DNA from: Marinoscillum sp.
Lineage (GTDB): Bacteria; Bacteroidota; Bacteroidia; Cytophagales; MED-G16
Assembly (NCBI GenBank): GCA_042095375.1
Contig: JBELBJ010000001.1
Span: forward strand, 44,945-108,944
DNA: 64,000 bases
Reading direction: 5' to 3'
Every line of letters begins with the position of its first letter. Within the stretch, counting starts at the first letter, position 1. The notes beneath the pieces are model-generated. The model was not told where the DNA came from and did not search any database. It was given only the letters and a program-made list of their open reading frames with translations. A program made the position numbers and the translations under genes. Positions 50,308 through 59,425 of the stretch are shown in pieces.

Positions 50308-51517
50308 ATCATTTAACTTAGTCAAAATCCGAGATCAGTTTCCAATTTTAAATAAAAAAATAAATAATCATCAATTAGTTTATTTTGACAATGCTGCTAC
50401 GACTCAAAAACCAAAAAAGGTTATTAACGCTATAAATGAATATTATTCTGAATATAATGCTAATATTCATAGAGGTATACATACACTAGCTGAAAAAGCT
50501 ACAAATGAATATGAGAAAACAAGGAAATCAATTTCCCAGTTTATAAATTCAAAATCTGAAAAAGAAATAATCTTTACTAGAGGAACTACTGAAGGAATAA
50601 ATTTAATTGCATCTTCTTTTGTTAAAAACTTTCTAAAAAAAGAAGATGAAATCATTATAAGCGAAATGGAACACCACTCTAATATTGTTCCATGGCAAAT
50701 GATTTGTGAGGAAAATGGGATAGTTTTAAAAACAATAAATGTTTTAGAAAACGGAGAGATTGATTTAGATAATTTTAAAGAATTGATTAATGATAAAACA
50801 AAATTTCTTTCCATAGTTCATACATCAAATACTCTTGGAACTGTTAATCCTATAAAACAAATAATTGAAATTTGTAAAAAAAATAATATTACTACAATGA
50901 TTGACGGAGCACAAGCTTCAGCTCACTCTAAAATAAATGTTCAAGACTTGAATTGTGATTTTTTTGTTTTATCTGCACATAAAATGTATGGTCCAACTGG
51001 AGTAGGTATTGTATATGGTAAAGAAGAAATTTTAGAAAAAATGCCTCCTTACATGGGTGGTGGAGAAATGATTAAAGAAGTAAACTTTCAAAAAACAACA
51101 TATAACGAACTACCTTATAAATTTGAAGCTGGAACACCAAATATAGGAGATGTTATTGGGTTTAATAAAGCTTTGAGTTTTATTAATGATATCGGATTTG
51201 ATAATATTTCATCATATGAAAAAAAACTAAAGGATTACGCTTCAAACTTATTAAATAAAATTGATGGATTAAAAATACTAGGTAATTCAAAAAATAAAAT
51301 TGGTATTTTTTCTTTTACATTAAATAAAGTTCACTATTATGATCTAGGATTATTACTAGATTCAAAAGGAATTGCAATTAGAACCGGTCATCATTGCACA
51401 CAACCTCTTATGGATAAATTTAATTTAGAAGGTACCGCAAGAGTTTCATTAGCTATATATAATACTAAAGAAGAAATAGATTACTTTGTTGAAAAAATTA
51501 AAAAGTTAATCAATTGA
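50297..51517 (+). CDS. sufS: Cysteine desulfurase, SufS subfamily
   Basis: 406 aa with the PLP lysine in SAHKMYGPTG and the catalytic Cys in RTGHHCTQP. It overlaps sufD by 11 nt. Confidence 0.95.
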   Translation: MSVKSFNLVKIRDQFPILNKKINNHQLVYFDNAATTQKPKKVINAINEYYSEYNANIHRGIHTLAEKATNEYEKTRKSISQFINSKSEKEIIFTRGTTEGINLIASSFVKNFLKKEDEIIISEMEHHSNIVPWQMICEENGIVLKTINVLENGEIDLDNFKELINDKTKFLSIVHTSNTLGTVNPIKQIIEICKKNNITTMIDGAQASAHSKINVQDLNCDFFVLSAHKMYGPTGVGIVYGKEEILEKMPPYMGGGEMIKEVNFQKTTYNELPYKFEAGTPNIGDVIGFNKALSFINDIGFDNISSYEKKLKDYASNLLNKIDGLKILGNSKNKIGIFSFTLNKVHYYDLGLLLDSKGIAIRTGHHCTQPLMDKFNLEGTARVSLAIYNTKEEIDYFVEKIKKLIN

Positions 51518-51936
51518 AAACTACTGATTCTATACAAAAAGATATTATAAATAATTTTCAAACACTAGATGATGATTTTGAAATGACATTAAATTATTTA
51601 ATTGAATTAGGAGAAGATCTAGATGAATTTGATGAAAAAGATAAATTGGAAATAAATCTTGTTAAAGGGTGTCAATCCAAAGTTTGGCTTAACTACAAAG
51701 TTAAAAATGATAAACTTATTTTTTCAGGAGAAAGCAATACCTCCATCACAAAAGGTTTACTTAGTTTATTAATTAAAGTTTTTTCTAATCAATTGCCTGA
51801 AGATATTATAAAAACTAAATTATTTTTTATAAATAAAACTGGACTTTGTAGATTTATAGGGACACAAAGATCTAATGGTTTAGAATCAATGGAAAATAAA
51901 TTTAAAATTATTGCTTTAGCAAACAAAAAAAACTAA
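51514..51936 (+). CDS. sufE: Cysteine desulfuration (sulfur acceptor) protein SufE
   Basis: 140 aa with the VKGCQSKVWL active-site Cys motif. The TTG start overlaps the sufS TGA (TTGA). The first in-frame ATG would delete a conserved N-terminal helix. Confidence 0.88.
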   Translation: MKTTDSIQKDIINNFQTLDDDFEMTLNYLIELGEDLDEFDEKDKLEINLVKGCQSKVWLNYKVKNDKLIFSGESNTSITKGLLSLLIKVFSNQLPEDIIKTKLFFINKTGLCRFIGTQRSNGLESMENKFKIIALANKKN

Positions 51937-52256
51937 TGAATAAAAAAGAAGAACTTAAATTGAAAGAAAAAATAATTAGAGGAATAAAAAATGTTTTTGA
52001 TCCAGAAATTCCTGTAGATGTATATGAGCTGGGATTAATTTATGAAATAAATATTTTGCCAATAAATAATATTCATATTTTAATGACTCTTACATCACCT
52101 AATTGTCCTGCTGCTGAAACAATTCCTTCAGATGTAAAGGAGAAAGTTAAAATGATAAAAGAAATTAATGAAGTTGATGTTGAAATCACCTTTGATCCAC
52201 CGTATTCGACTGATTTAATGTCTGAAGAGGCTAAACTTGAACTTGGTTTTATTTAA
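51936..52256 (+). CDS. DUF59/SufT-like Fe-S assembly protein
   Basis: 106 aa with DPEIPVDVYELGLIY and LTSPNCPAAE motifs typical of the MIP18/DUF59 family. Confidence 0.88.
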   Translation: MNKKEELKLKEKIIRGIKNVFDPEIPVDVYELGLIYEINILPINNIHILMTLTSPNCPAAETIPSDVKEKVKMIKEINEVDVEITFDPPYSTDLMSEEAKLELGFI

Positions 52257-52282
52257 ATATTGTTTAACAAAAAAAATTTATT

Positions 52283-52702
52283 ATGTATCCAGATGAATTA
52301 ACAAAACCTATGATTGAAGAACTTACATCTGTAGGTTTTAAAGAATTAAAAGACTCAGAAACTGTGAAAAAAGAACTTCACAAAGATTCGGGAAAATGTT
52401 TAGTATTGGTAAACTCTGTATGTGGTTGTGCTGCAGGAGCCGCTAGACCTGGAGTTAAAGAGTCAATTAAAGAGTCAAAATTTACACCAGACAAACTATA
52501 TACTGTTTTTGCTGGAGTTGACTTTGAAGCTGTTGAAAAAATAAGAGAAATGTGTCTTCCATATCCTCCAAGTTCTCCAGCAATCGCACTTTTTGATAAT
52601 GGTAATCTTGTTCATTTTGTAGAGAGACACCATATTGAAGGTAGAAATGCTTTGATGATTAGTGAGCATCTAAAAAACGTTTACGAAGAGTATTGTAGCT
52701 AA
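52283..52702 (+). CDS. Bacilliredoxin BrxA/BrxB (YphP/YqiW, DUF1094) family protein
   Basis: 139 aa, collinear with Bacillus YphP, with the redox motif [10 protein letters not shown] and the SSPAIALF block. Confidence 0.88.
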   Translation: MYPDELTKPMIEELTSVGFKELKDSETVKKELHKDSGKCLVLVNSVCGCAAGAARPGVKESIKESKFTPDKLYTVFAGVDFEAVEKIREMCLPYPPSSPAIALFDNGNLVHFVERHHIEGRNALMISEHLKNVYEEYCS

Positions 52703-52721
52703 GATTAAGATGCTATATTTG
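52693..52721 (+). promoter_or_regulatory. Candidate Bacteroidota-type promoter for hppA (-33 TTG / -7 TAnnTTTG)
   Basis: TATATTTG at 52714-52721 matches TAnnTTTG and lies 22 nt upstream of the hppA ATG. ATTG at 52692-52695 sits 18 nt upstream of it. Confidence 0.35.
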
Positions 52722-52743
52722 CGCTAAATTTAAATTAACAATT

Positions 52744-54870
52744 ATGAATGAAATGTTATTATACCTTATACCTGGGTCAGGTATTGTTGCTCTATTGTTT
52801 GTTTATATAAAAAATAAATGGGTAGCATCAAAAGAAATTGGTTCTGAAAAAATGGAAAGAATTGCACAAAATATTTCTGATGGTGCAATGGCATTTTTAA
52901 GAGCTGAATACAAAATATTATCTGTCTTTGTTTTAATTACAGCTGTACTACTAGGATTCAAAGGAGAAAGTGAGGGAACAAGTTATCTTGTTGCAGTATC
53001 ATTTATTGTGGGAGCATTATGTTCAGGGCTTGCGGGTTTCATAGGTATGAAAGTAGCAACTAAGGCAAATGTAAGAACAACTAATGCTGCTAGAGAATCT
53101 CTTGGAAAAGCATTGGAAATAGCTTTTTCAGGTGGTGCTGTAATGGGACTAGGGGTAGTTGGTTTAGGTGTTCTTGGATTAGGATCACTTTTTATAATTT
53201 ATAGTAATTTATTTCAAGATATAGATACAGTTATAAAAGTTATTTCAGGGTTCTCTCTTGGTGCTTCTTCAATAGCACTATTTGCAAGAGTTGGAGGTGG
53301 TATATATACTAAAGCTGCTGATGTTGGAGCAGACTTAGTTGGAAAAGTTGAAGCTGGTATTCCAGAAGATCACCCACTTAATCCAGCAACAATTGCAGAT
53401 AACGTAGGAGATAATGTTGGAGATGTAGCCGGAATGGGAGCAGATTTATTTGAATCATTTGTTGGTTCAATAATTGGAGCTATGGTACTAGGCGCTGCAT
53501 TTATAGGCCTTCAGGAGTTTTCCGGTATTGAGACAAATGCTATTTTACTTCCTTTGTTTATAGCTTCAACGGGAATTATAATGTCAATTATTGGAACCTT
53601 ATTTGTTAGAGTGAAAGAAGGAGGAAGTCCACATGCTGCATTGAATGCTGGGGAATTCTCATCTGCTGGTTTAATGATAGTAGCTACCTTTTTTCTTATA
53701 GATTATTTTCTGCCTGATGCTTGGGTTTTAAACGGAAAAGAATATACGTCAATGGGTGTTTTTGCTGCAACTATTGCAGGATTACTAGCTGGACTAGGAG
53801 TTGGAAAAATTACAGAATATTATACTGCAACTGGTAAAGCCCCAGTTAAATCAATAGTTAAACAATCTGATACTGGTGCTGCTACAACAATTATTTCTGG
53901 ACTTGGAGTTGGTATGATGTCAACTGCAATTCCAATACTTCTAATTTGTGCTGCAATTTTAACTTCATTTTATTTTGCAGGACTCTATGGTATCGCAATT
54001 GCTGCAGTAGGGATGCTTGCTAATACTGGAATCCAATTGGCTGTTGATGCATATGGTCCAATATCAGATAATGCAGGTGGAATTGCAGAAATGGCTGAAC
54101 TACCACCAGAAGTTAGGGAAAGAACCGATAAGTTAGATGCTGTTGGTAATACAACTGCAGCTATAGGTAAAGGGTTTGCTATTGCATCTGCAGCATTAAC
54201 TGCCTTAGCATTATTTGCAGCGTTTATGCAAACTGCTAAAATTAGTACTATTGATATTTCAAATCCAATTGTTATGACAGGGCTTTTAATTGGCGCCATG
54301 TTGCCATTTGTATTTTCAGCACTTTCAATGAATGCCGTTGGTAAGGCTGCAATGAGTATGATCGAGGAAGTTAGAAGACAGTTTAATGAATTACCAAAAC
54401 TAAAAGCTGCATTAAAAATTATGAGAAAATATGATTCTGATCTATCAAAAGCATCCAAAGCTGATATGAAAATTTTCAATGAAGCTGATGGAGTTGCTGA
54501 GTATAGTAAATGTGTTGAAATTTCAACAAAAGCTGCTCTTAGAGAAATGGTTCTTCCGGGGCTAATGGCAATACTTGTTCCAGTTGGAATTGGCTTTTTG
54601 GGAGGCGCTGAAATGCTTGGTGGTCTACTTGCTGGAGTAACATCATCTGGAGTACTCATGGCTATATTTCAATCTAATGCTGGTGGGGCTTGGGATAATG
54701 CAAAAAAAATGATTGAAGAACAAGGAAGAAAAGGAAGCGATGCTCATAAAGCTGCAGTTGTAGGAGATACAGTAGGCGATCCTTTTAAGGATACATCTGG
54801 ACCTTCACTAAATATTTTATTAAAATTAATTTCTGTTGTAGCTTTAGTTATAGCACCACTTTTAATTTGA
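52744..54870 (+). CDS. hppA: Membrane-bound ion-translocating pyrophosphatase, K+-dependent subfamily signature
   Basis: 708 aa with DNVGDNVGD and [10 protein letters not shown] motifs (Ala at the K+-dependence position). It is collinear with M-PPases. Confidence 0.96.
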   Translation: MNEMLLYLIPGSGIVALLFVYIKNKWVASKEIGSEKMERIAQNISDGAMAFLRAEYKILSVFVLITAVLLGFKGESEGTSYLVAVSFIVGALCSGLAGFIGMKVATKANVRTTNAARESLGKALEIAFSGGAVMGLGVVGLGVLGLGSLFIIYSNLFQDIDTVIKVISGFSLGASSIALFARVGGGIYTKAADVGADLVGKVEAGIPEDHPLNPATIADNVGDNVGDVAGMGADLFESFVGSIIGAMVLGAAFIGLQEFSGIETNAILLPLFIASTGIIMSIIGTLFVRVKEGGSPHAALNAGEFSSAGLMIVATFFLIDYFLPDAWVLNGKEYTSMGVFAATIAGLLAGLGVGKITEYYTATGKAPVKSIVKQSDTGAATTIISGLGVGMMSTAIPILLICAAILTSFYFAGLYGIAIAAVGMLANTGIQLAVDAYGPISDNAGGIAEMAELPPEVRERTDKLDAVGNTTAAIGKGFAIASAALTALALFAAFMQTAKISTIDISNPIVMTGLLIGAMLPFVFSALSMNAVGKAAMSMIEEVRRQFNELPKLKAALKIMRKYDSDLSKASKADMKIFNEADGVAEYSKCVEISTKAALREMVLPGLMAILVPVGIGFLGGAEMLGGLLAGVTSSGVLMAIFQSNAGGAWDNAKKMIEEQGRKGSDAHKAAVVGDTVGDPFKDTSGPSLNILLKLISVVALVIAPLLI

Positions 54871-55763
54871 TGATAGAGAAAGAGAAAAAAATTAAAAAAA
54901 AAAAATTAGGAAATTATCCATTCCTTAGTGTAATTTTCAGCGTTTCTCTTTCCCTATTTTTGCTCGGAATTTTTTCTATTTTATTAATTTCATCTTTCAA
55001 GATGAAAGAAACAATTCAAAAAAATATTGAATTAAATATTTATTTGAATAAAGTTGTTTCATTGAATGATATTGAGAGAATTAATAAAATTATACTTTCT
55101 AAAAATTATGTTTTGAATAAAGAAGAGTCGTCAATTTTATTCATATCTAAAGAAAAGGCTGCAGATGAATATTCTAATGAGCTGGGGGAAGATTTTATAA
55201 AGTTTCTAGGTCAAAACCCATTAAGAGATTTGTTTATTTTAAAAATAGATCCTAATTACTTTGAAAGAGAAAAGTTAGTAGAAATTGAAAAAGAACTATT
55301 GGGAATTAATGGAATTTATGAAATTACTTACCCTAAAGATTTGATTGATGATATAAATAATAATGTAAACAAAATAGGTTTAATTTTGACAGTTATATTC
55401 TTTATTTTACTTTTCATATCTAGCATTTTGATTAATAATACAATTAGACTTGCTTTATTTTCTCAAAGATTTTTAATTAGAAGTATGCAACTTGTAGGTG
55501 CAACCTCATTATTTATTCAAAAACCATTTCTTATTAGAGGAATAATTTATGGTATCATTTCTGGGACCTTATCTTCGATGTTTTTATTTGTAGTTTTAAA
55601 ATTTTTAAATTCTAGGATGGAAAATATTATGGGTATCATAGATTCAAAAAGTTTTTTAATTATATCTTTAAATATGGTTTTAATAGGTATTCTAATTGTA
55701 TCATTTAGTACATATAATTCTGTAAATAAATATTTAAATTCTTCATTAGACGATTTACACTAA
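54870..55763 (+). CDS. ftsX: Cell division protein FtsX-like permease
   Basis: About 297 aa with the FtsX topology (TM1, large periplasmic loop, three C-terminal TMs). The ATG at 54870 overlaps the hppA TGA by 1 nt; the ORF track uses the TTG at 54867. Confidence 0.85.
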   Translation: MIEKEKKIKKKKLGNYPFLSVIFSVSLSLFLLGIFSILLISSFKMKETIQKNIELNIYLNKVVSLNDIERINKIILSKNYVLNKEESSILFISKEKAADEYSNELGEDFIKFLGQNPLRDLFILKIDPNYFEREKLVEIEKELLGINGIYEITYPKDLIDDINNNVNKIGLILTVIFFILLFISSILINNTIRLALFSQRFLIRSMQLVGATSLFIQKPFLIRGIIYGIISGTLSSMFLFVVLKFLNSRMENIMGIIDSKSFLIISLNMVLIGILIVSFSTYNSVNKYLNSSLDDLH

Positions 55764-55776
55764 TTTTAAAAAATTA

Positions 55777-55986
55777 ATGAATAACAAATCCAACCTTCCA
55801 TTTGACAAATCAAACTATAAAATCATGATTATTGGCGTAATTTGTATTGCACTTGGCTTCATAATAATGACATTAGATCAAGAGGATTATGGATTTGGAT
55901 TTCTAGGACTTACCCTTGGTCCAATAGTTGTTCTCCTAGGTTTTATTATTCAGTTCTTTGCAATTTTTTATAATCCTAAAAATTAA
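55777..55986 (+). CDS. DUF3098 family small membrane protein
   Basis: 69 aa with two TM helices, in the typical Bacteroidota position between ftsX and uppP. Confidence 0.7.
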   Translation: MNNKSNLPFDKSNYKIMIIGVICIALGFIIMTLDQEDYGFGFLGLTLGPIVVLLGFIIQFFAIFYNPKN

Positions 55987-57474
55987 ATGAACAGTTGGGA
56001 AGCATTTATTCTTGGAATAATTCAAGGATTAACTGAGTTTTTACCAATTAGCAGTAGTGGTCATTTAGAGCTTGGTTCTTATTTACTAAATACTAATACT
56101 TCAGAAAATTTATTATTTACAATTGTTGTACATATTGCAACTGCACTTAGTATTATAATTGTTTTTAAGAAAGATATTCAACAAATTTTATACTCTTTAT
56201 TTAAGTTTTCAAATAATGAAGACACTCAATTAATTTTAAAAATAATATTATCTAGTGTACCTGTTGGTTTAATTGGAATTTTTTTTGAAGAAAAAGTAGA
56301 AACATTATTTAATGGTAATATTCTTCTTGTAGGCTTAATGCTAATAATCACATCAATTATTTTAGCTCTAACTCAAATACAAAAAAAAAGTTCGAAAAAA
56401 AAAGTTTCTTTTTTTTCTGCTTTCATAATTGGTATAGCACAATCAATAGCAATTTTACCTGGAATTTCAAGATCTGGAATAACAATTTCCACAGCTTTAT
56501 TATTAAGTATAGATAAAAAAGAAGCTACAAAATTTTCATTTTTAATGGTACTTGTTCCAATATTTGGGATTATGATTATTAAATTATTTAAAGGTTTCAG
56601 TTCTGTAGAGTCTTTGTCAAGTGATATAGAATTAAGTTCTTTAATAATAGGTTTTATTTCAGCATTAATTAGTGGAATAATAGCCTGTAAATGGATGATA
56701 AAAATAGTTCAAAAAAGTAATTTGATCTATTTTGCGATTTATTGCTTAATAATTGGTTCATTCTCAATTTTTTCAAGCTTTAACGATTTGGGATCTAAAG
56801 AAAAAGAAATTTTCACAATAGAACCTCTTCTTCCAGTACAAGAATTAAAAGAAATAGCCTTAAAATCATACCCCCCAAGAGAAGATAATTTAGAAGATAA
56901 ATCTCGTGAACTAACTGATATTTATAAGTTAGATCCATCAATAAAACTTGATATAAGATATGCCACAAAAAATAATTTTATGCAAACACCATTTTATGAT
57001 AAACCTCGAGCATTTTTGATTACTGACGCTGCTAAAATGTTAATAAAAGTTCATAAAGAATTAAATAATTATGGATATGGAATAGTAATATATGATGCAT
57101 ATAGACCTTGGTTTGTTACAAAAATGTTTTGGGATGCAACACCAGATTCATTAAAAAATTTTGTAGCAGATCCATCATTAGGATCTGTTCATAACAGAGG
57201 CTGTGCAGTAGATATTGGAATATATAATATTAAAAATGGAAAAACAATTCAAATGATTTCAGGTTATGATGAATTCACTGAAAGAGCATATCCTTCATAT
57301 AGTGGAGGTACAAAAAGAGAAAGAGAAAATAGAAATCTTTTGATTAGTACAATGAAAAAATATGGATTTGAAGTTTACAAATATGAATGGTGGCATTATG
57401 ATTTTAAATTATGTAAAAACAAAATTATGAATTTAGAATTTAATGAGATTGACTCAATAGTAAATTTAAATTAA
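55987..57474 (+). CDS. uppP: Fusion protein: undecaprenyl-diphosphate phosphatase (UppP/BacA) plus a C-terminal M15D D-alanyl-D-alanine dipeptidase (VanX/DdpX-like) domain
   Basis: One uninterrupted 495-codon frame; I checked the junction at 56761-56820 by hand. Residues 1-264 are full-length UppP (GLTEFLPISSSGH, PGISRSG). After a ~45-aa linker, the C-terminal ~190 aa carry SVHNRGCAVD (SxHxxGxAxD) and EWWHY of the VanX/DdpX family. Confidence 0.85.
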   Translation: MNSWEAFILGIIQGLTEFLPISSSGHLELGSYLLNTNTSENLLFTIVVHIATALSIIIVFKKDIQQILYSLFKFSNNEDTQLILKIILSSVPVGLIGIFFEEKVETLFNGNILLVGLMLIITSIILALTQIQKKSSKKKVSFFSAFIIGIAQSIAILPGISRSGITISTALLLSIDKKEATKFSFLMVLVPIFGIMIIKLFKGFSSVESLSSDIELSSLIIGFISALISGIIACKWMIKIVQKSNLIYFAIYCLIIGSFSIFSSFNDLGSKEKEIFTIEPLLPVQELKEIALKSYPPREDNLEDKSRELTDIYKLDPSIKLDIRYATKNNFMQTPFYDKPRAFLITDAAKMLIKVHKELNNYGYGIVIYDAYRPWFVTKMFWDATPDSLKNFVADPSLGSVHNRGCAVDIGIYNIKNGKTIQMISGYDEFTERAYPSYSGGTKRERENRNLLISTMKKYGFEVYKYEWWHYDFKLCKNKIMNLEFNEIDSIVNLN

Positions 57475-57903
57475 TTCCTCAGCCTCGACTATTGATTCTT
57501 CAAACTGTTTTCCAATTTTAAAAATTTCATCTCTTTTAAGGTTTAATTTCTGATTTATATCCTTATAAAAATCTATATTTTTTTCTTCAATTTTTTTATT
57601 CATAGGATATGAATCATAAGGAAATTGATCACTAAAATTTTTCATAAAACTCATCATTGACATGTTTGATTCCTTTAAATTTTGAATAGCTAAATCAATG
57701 TTAGAATCAATCATTTGTTTCTCAGACAAACCCTTTTCTAAGGAATTAACGGTTGACATTTTTTTCATAACTAAATCATGTTGCTCAATAATCTCAGATA
57801 ACAAAGACATATTTTCAGAATGGATATTTGAAATATCATTTGAAGTTGATGTGCATCCAACAAAAAATAAAAGTATTAAAATAGATAAAAGTAATTTTTT
57901 CAT
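57466..57903 (-). CDS. Met-rich helical lipoprotein, unknown function
   Basis: 145 aa with a lipobox (LFFVGC) and predicted helical repeats with Met clusters (HDLVMKKMS, SNMSMMSFMKNF). It is 2 nt downstream of the barrel gene. Its 3' end overlaps uppP-ddpX by 9 nt, convergently. Confidence 0.6.
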   Translation of the reverse strand: MKKLLLSILILLFFVGCTSTSNDISNIHSENMSLLSEIIEQHDLVMKKMSTVNSLEKGLSEKQMIDSNIDLAIQNLKESNMSMMSFMKNFSDQFPYDSYPMNKKIEEKNIDFYKDINQKLNLKRDEIFKIGKQFEESIVEAEELI

Positions 57904-57905
57904 AA

Positions 57906-59342
57906 TCAGTGATGTTTATTTGATCCAGGTGAAAATTGTAATCCAATAACAAAATTATTATCTACTCCCATCTGAATTCCATTATAATTTTGGAGCAAAG
58001 GTAAAAAATATTCAATACCAATTCTAATATTTTTTAATTTTCCATAAGGCGGTAAAATATTTGTTCCAATACTTGAATTAAAAACATAAAAACCGTAATT
58101 ATAAGCATTAGATTCAGGTACAATATTTGAAGTTAATTCAGGATCGTTACCTCTTATTTTATTAGAGAATTTATTTTGCAAATTCAAACTCAAACTTATC
58201 CAATTTGAGATTTTTACTGCAGCCCAATAGTTTACATCTAATATATTTCCAAAACTATAATCATTAGAGTTCTTTCCTATATGAACCTTATATGATGGTT
58301 GAAGTCCAAAAGAAAATTTTTCATATTGAAAAAAAGTAGTAAATCCAAGGTTAGTGTTCCAAGTTCCAGAACCTATTTGCATGTTATAAGGAAGTTTAGT
58401 AATACTAGAAGAAGAATACTCATCATTAAAATTTATAGATCCTATAGGAAAACTTATTCCTATATTTAAATGAGTTTTATTTCTACTTTTATCAACAAGA
58501 TTATAAAGAGCTGTAATATTAATATCATTAATTCCAGATGATTTAGGTTTAAAAGATTGATTTTTTTTTGAAAGCAAATTCATAGTTTTTAAAGTGAAAC
58601 CTATTGAGGCCATTAAATTTATTTTAGTTGACATACCATACATGAAGCCAACTTTATGAGATTCAACTCTATTTGATTCACTAATTAAATTATAGCTGTT
58701 AAATATATCTTCAATTTTTACTTCTGAATTTCCATTTAGATTACCTGACATATTTTTAAATATGTATCTGTAACTAATCATCAGACCTCCCTTATCATGA
58801 AAGTGATCTCCAGTTATATTTATAGGAGCATGTGAGTCTGGCCTTGAATAATCCCAGAGATTTAGTTCCATTTTTTTAAAGTGGTAATTAATATCTATGA
58901 ATTTATCCTCCCTATTAAATGACTTTTCTAGAATTAATTTTAATAAATTATTTACAATAATTTCAATTGTTCTATCTGTCTCTTTTGCCCTATCAGATAA
59001 AAAAGATGCTACAATTTTATCATCATTTTCCTTATCAATTATTACACCTTTAAAACTTTCAACAACTAAATCAATTTTATTTTTAAAAGACCAGCCATAA
59101 GATATGGATATAAAATATCTAGGTTTATCATTTCTTACAATTATATTATTTTTTTTAAATTCTTTAGAAAATTTATTTGAAACTATGCCCTCTCCAAATC
59201 CAAAAGATTTATCTAAATTAATTTCATCAAAAATTTCCAATTCTATTTTATGTTTTTTTAGTATTTTATCACTAAATACATCTTGGGCAAAAGAAAGTTT
59301 AGATGAAAATAGAAAAATAAAAAAAATCATAATCTTCTTCAT
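57906..59342 (-). CDS. Outer-membrane beta-barrel protein (MetA-pathway/transporter-like family) with an extra N-terminal domain
   Basis: 478 aa with a signal peptide (..KLSFAQD). The C-terminal ~310 aa have alternating beta-strand patterning and the block RPDSHAPINITGDHFHDKGGLMISYRYIF, followed by LPYNMQIGSGTW. I recognise these from Bacteroidota/Proteobacteria barrels annotated only as 'transporter'. Confidence 0.6.
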   Translation of the reverse strand: MKKIMIFFIFLFSSKLSFAQDVFSDKILKKHKIELEIFDEINLDKSFGFGEGIVSNKFSKEFKKNNIIVRNDKPRYFISISYGWSFKNKIDLVVESFKGVIIDKENDDKIVASFLSDRAKETDRTIEIIVNNLLKLILEKSFNREDKFIDINYHFKKMELNLWDYSRPDSHAPINITGDHFHDKGGLMISYRYIFKNMSGNLNGNSEVKIEDIFNSYNLISESNRVESHKVGFMYGMSTKINLMASIGFTLKTMNLLSKKNQSFKPKSSGINDINITALYNLVDKSRNKTHLNIGISFPIGSINFNDEYSSSSITKLPYNMQIGSGTWNTNLGFTTFFQYEKFSFGLQPSYKVHIGKNSNDYSFGNILDVNYWAAVKISNWISLSLNLQNKFSNKIRGNDPELTSNIVPESNAYNYGFYVFNSSIGTNILPPYGKLKNIRIGIEYFLPLLQNYNGIQMGVDNNFVIGLQFSPGSNKHH

Positions 59343-59425
59343 AGTATATTTATACTCTATTAAAAAACTTTAGGTTTAATTTTAAATATTTTCTTCAAAA
59401 CTAAATAAGATTTACTTTATAATAG

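Noticed and set aside
53985-54659. A 224-aa minus-strand ORF, entirely antisense to hppA. It is strikingly long for such an AT-rich genome.
   Set aside because: - It lies offset by one base from the sense codons of a Gly/Ala/Val-rich membrane protein. The biased GCN/GGN/GTN codon usage there removes stop codons from the antisense frame.
- Its product is low-complexity (A/S/P/I-rich), with no start context or motif.
- It would need strand-specific ribosome profiling to revive it.
54894-54905. An A12 homopolymer inside the 5' end of ftsX (codons KKKK), plus A9/T8 runs inside uppP (56385-56418). These are possible slipped-strand phase-variation sites.
   Set aside because: - Long A/T runs are ubiquitous in this genome and here encode lysine- or phenylalanine-rich linker segments of essential genes.
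- There is no evidence of frame disruption.
- Phase variation of ftsX or uppP is implausible.
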